NCBI RefSeq assembly: GCF_006345805.1
Contig: NW_021829209.1
Coordinates: 1-6,880 of the forward strand
Source: Octopus sinensis
Lineage: Eukaryota
Length of the DNA stretch: 6,880 nucleotides
Reading direction: 5' to 3'
Translations under genes and position numbers: made by a program
Shown: one piece after another, positions 6,083 through 6,880 of the stretch
Layout: the number at the start of each line of letters is the position of its first letter
Numbering within the stretch: position 1 is the stretch's first letter
Notes under the pieces: model-generated
Databases searched by the model: none
The model's input: only the letters and a program-made list of their open reading frames with translations
Told to the model about the DNA's origin: nothing

Positions 6083-6342
6083 ATTTTAGAGACAGAACCA
6101 CCTTCAACTCAATCAACACTGAAAGGTTTTATACCCGACCACTCCATAAAATGTCAAAAATTAAATCTTATACTAACTATATCTATTCTGAATCTTGTAT
6201 TTTCCGTTCATAAGATTACATGTGTTTCACGATTCAGAATAGGTATAGTTAGTATAAGATTTCATTTTTACCATTTTAGGAGTGGTTGGGTATAAAATCT
6301 TTCGGTGTTGATTTGAGTTAAAGGTGGTTCTGTCTCTAAAAT
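6083..6342. repeat. Long inverted repeat (fold-back/MITE-like): 112-bp arms, 36-bp spacer
   Basis: 6083-6194 vs the reverse complement of 6231-6342: 8 substitutions and 2 single-base indels (~91%). No TSD recognised. Confidence 0.92.
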
Positions 6343-6354
6343 AACTTTTATGTT

Positions 6355-6372
6355 TATATATATATATATATA

Positions 6373-6439
<67 letters not shown>
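6355..6439. repeat. (TA)n microsatellite, one interruption
   Basis: Direct reading. Confidence 0.97.
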
Positions 6440-6442
<3 letters not shown>

Positions 6443-6621
6443 GCCATGATAGATGTTAGCCACTACACACATTTTTTCTCTCCTTGTTTCTTTCTGGGTC
6501 CCTTTCTGTAGAAGAGCGTAGGCTCGAACCGTAAAATACTTTCTACTCCTGAACATTTTAATAATACATCTGTTTGTTTTGTACACCACCTGTCTTCGTC
6601 TTTTGATTTTTCCTAAACTCT

Positions 6622-6624
<3 letters not shown>
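6440..6624 (+). mobile_element. 185-bp island between two (TA)n tracts containing a degenerate hammerhead-like motif; possible non-autonomous PLE-type repeat
   Basis: Unique sequence sharply bounded by (TA)n on both sides. It contains ttt-CUGUAGAA-gagc(guag)gcuc-GAA-ccgu-A-aaa at 6503-6536. Confidence 0.45.
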
Positions 6625-6659
<35 letters not shown>

Positions 6660-6673
6660 GTGTGTGTGTGTGT
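6625..6673. repeat. (TA)n followed by (TG)n
   Basis: Direct reading. Confidence 0.95.
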
Positions 6674-6880
6674 TTGTGATATTTATGACATACTAAGGCA
6701 GAATGCTAACATAGTCGCTATGTCGGCAAATATCGTATAAGCGGGCAGCAACCTGATATTGAAAGCAAACATGTATTATTAAAGACAAAATAATCCGTAA
6801 AATAGACAGGGTTAATAATGACATTACCGTAAATTTTATATTCAGTATTTAATACGTCGTACGTAATTCATTTAGCTCAA

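Noticed and set aside
4930-6136. ctgaaaggtttt..at.ccc at ~4930-4948 and ~6119-6136
   Set aside because: Short, gapped and not extendable; insufficient to link the two elements.
4997-6589. ORFs 4997..5194, 5408..5635 and 6227..6589
   Set aside because: Two are (TA)n translations (YIYI) fused to repeat sequence; the third is short with no motif.

Overview
Eukaryotic, repeat-saturated, almost entirely non-coding DNA. It is AT-rich, with long (TAA)n, (AAC)n, (ACT)n, (ATT)n, (GAT)n and (TA)n tracts. The microsatellite load and the style of the tRNA-derived SINEs suggest a coleoid cephalopod, probably Octopus; this is from recollection of such repeats and was not verified by a search. Nearly all supplied ORFs are microsatellite artefacts. 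Supported content: (i) the 3' end of an L1/Tx1-type LINE (minus strand, 171-760) embedded in (TAA)n; (ii) several tRNA-derived SINE copies, one with a tail resembling that LINE's 3' end; (iii) a full-length and a truncated DINE-1/HINE-like non-autonomous Helentron (3517-3890 and 891-1007, both minus); (iv) a possible isolated 102-nt exon (4237-4338); (v) several fold-back inverted repeats. The most notable is a 221-bp element (5582-5802) whose 61-bp arms have no substitutions and enclose a complete minimal type I hammerhead ribozyme fold. That fold has a compensatory U3-A8 core and a palindromic (dimer-type) stem III, as in Penelope-like elements and retrozymes. A degenerate hammerhead-like motif lies at 6503-6536, next to a 112-bp-arm fold-back.
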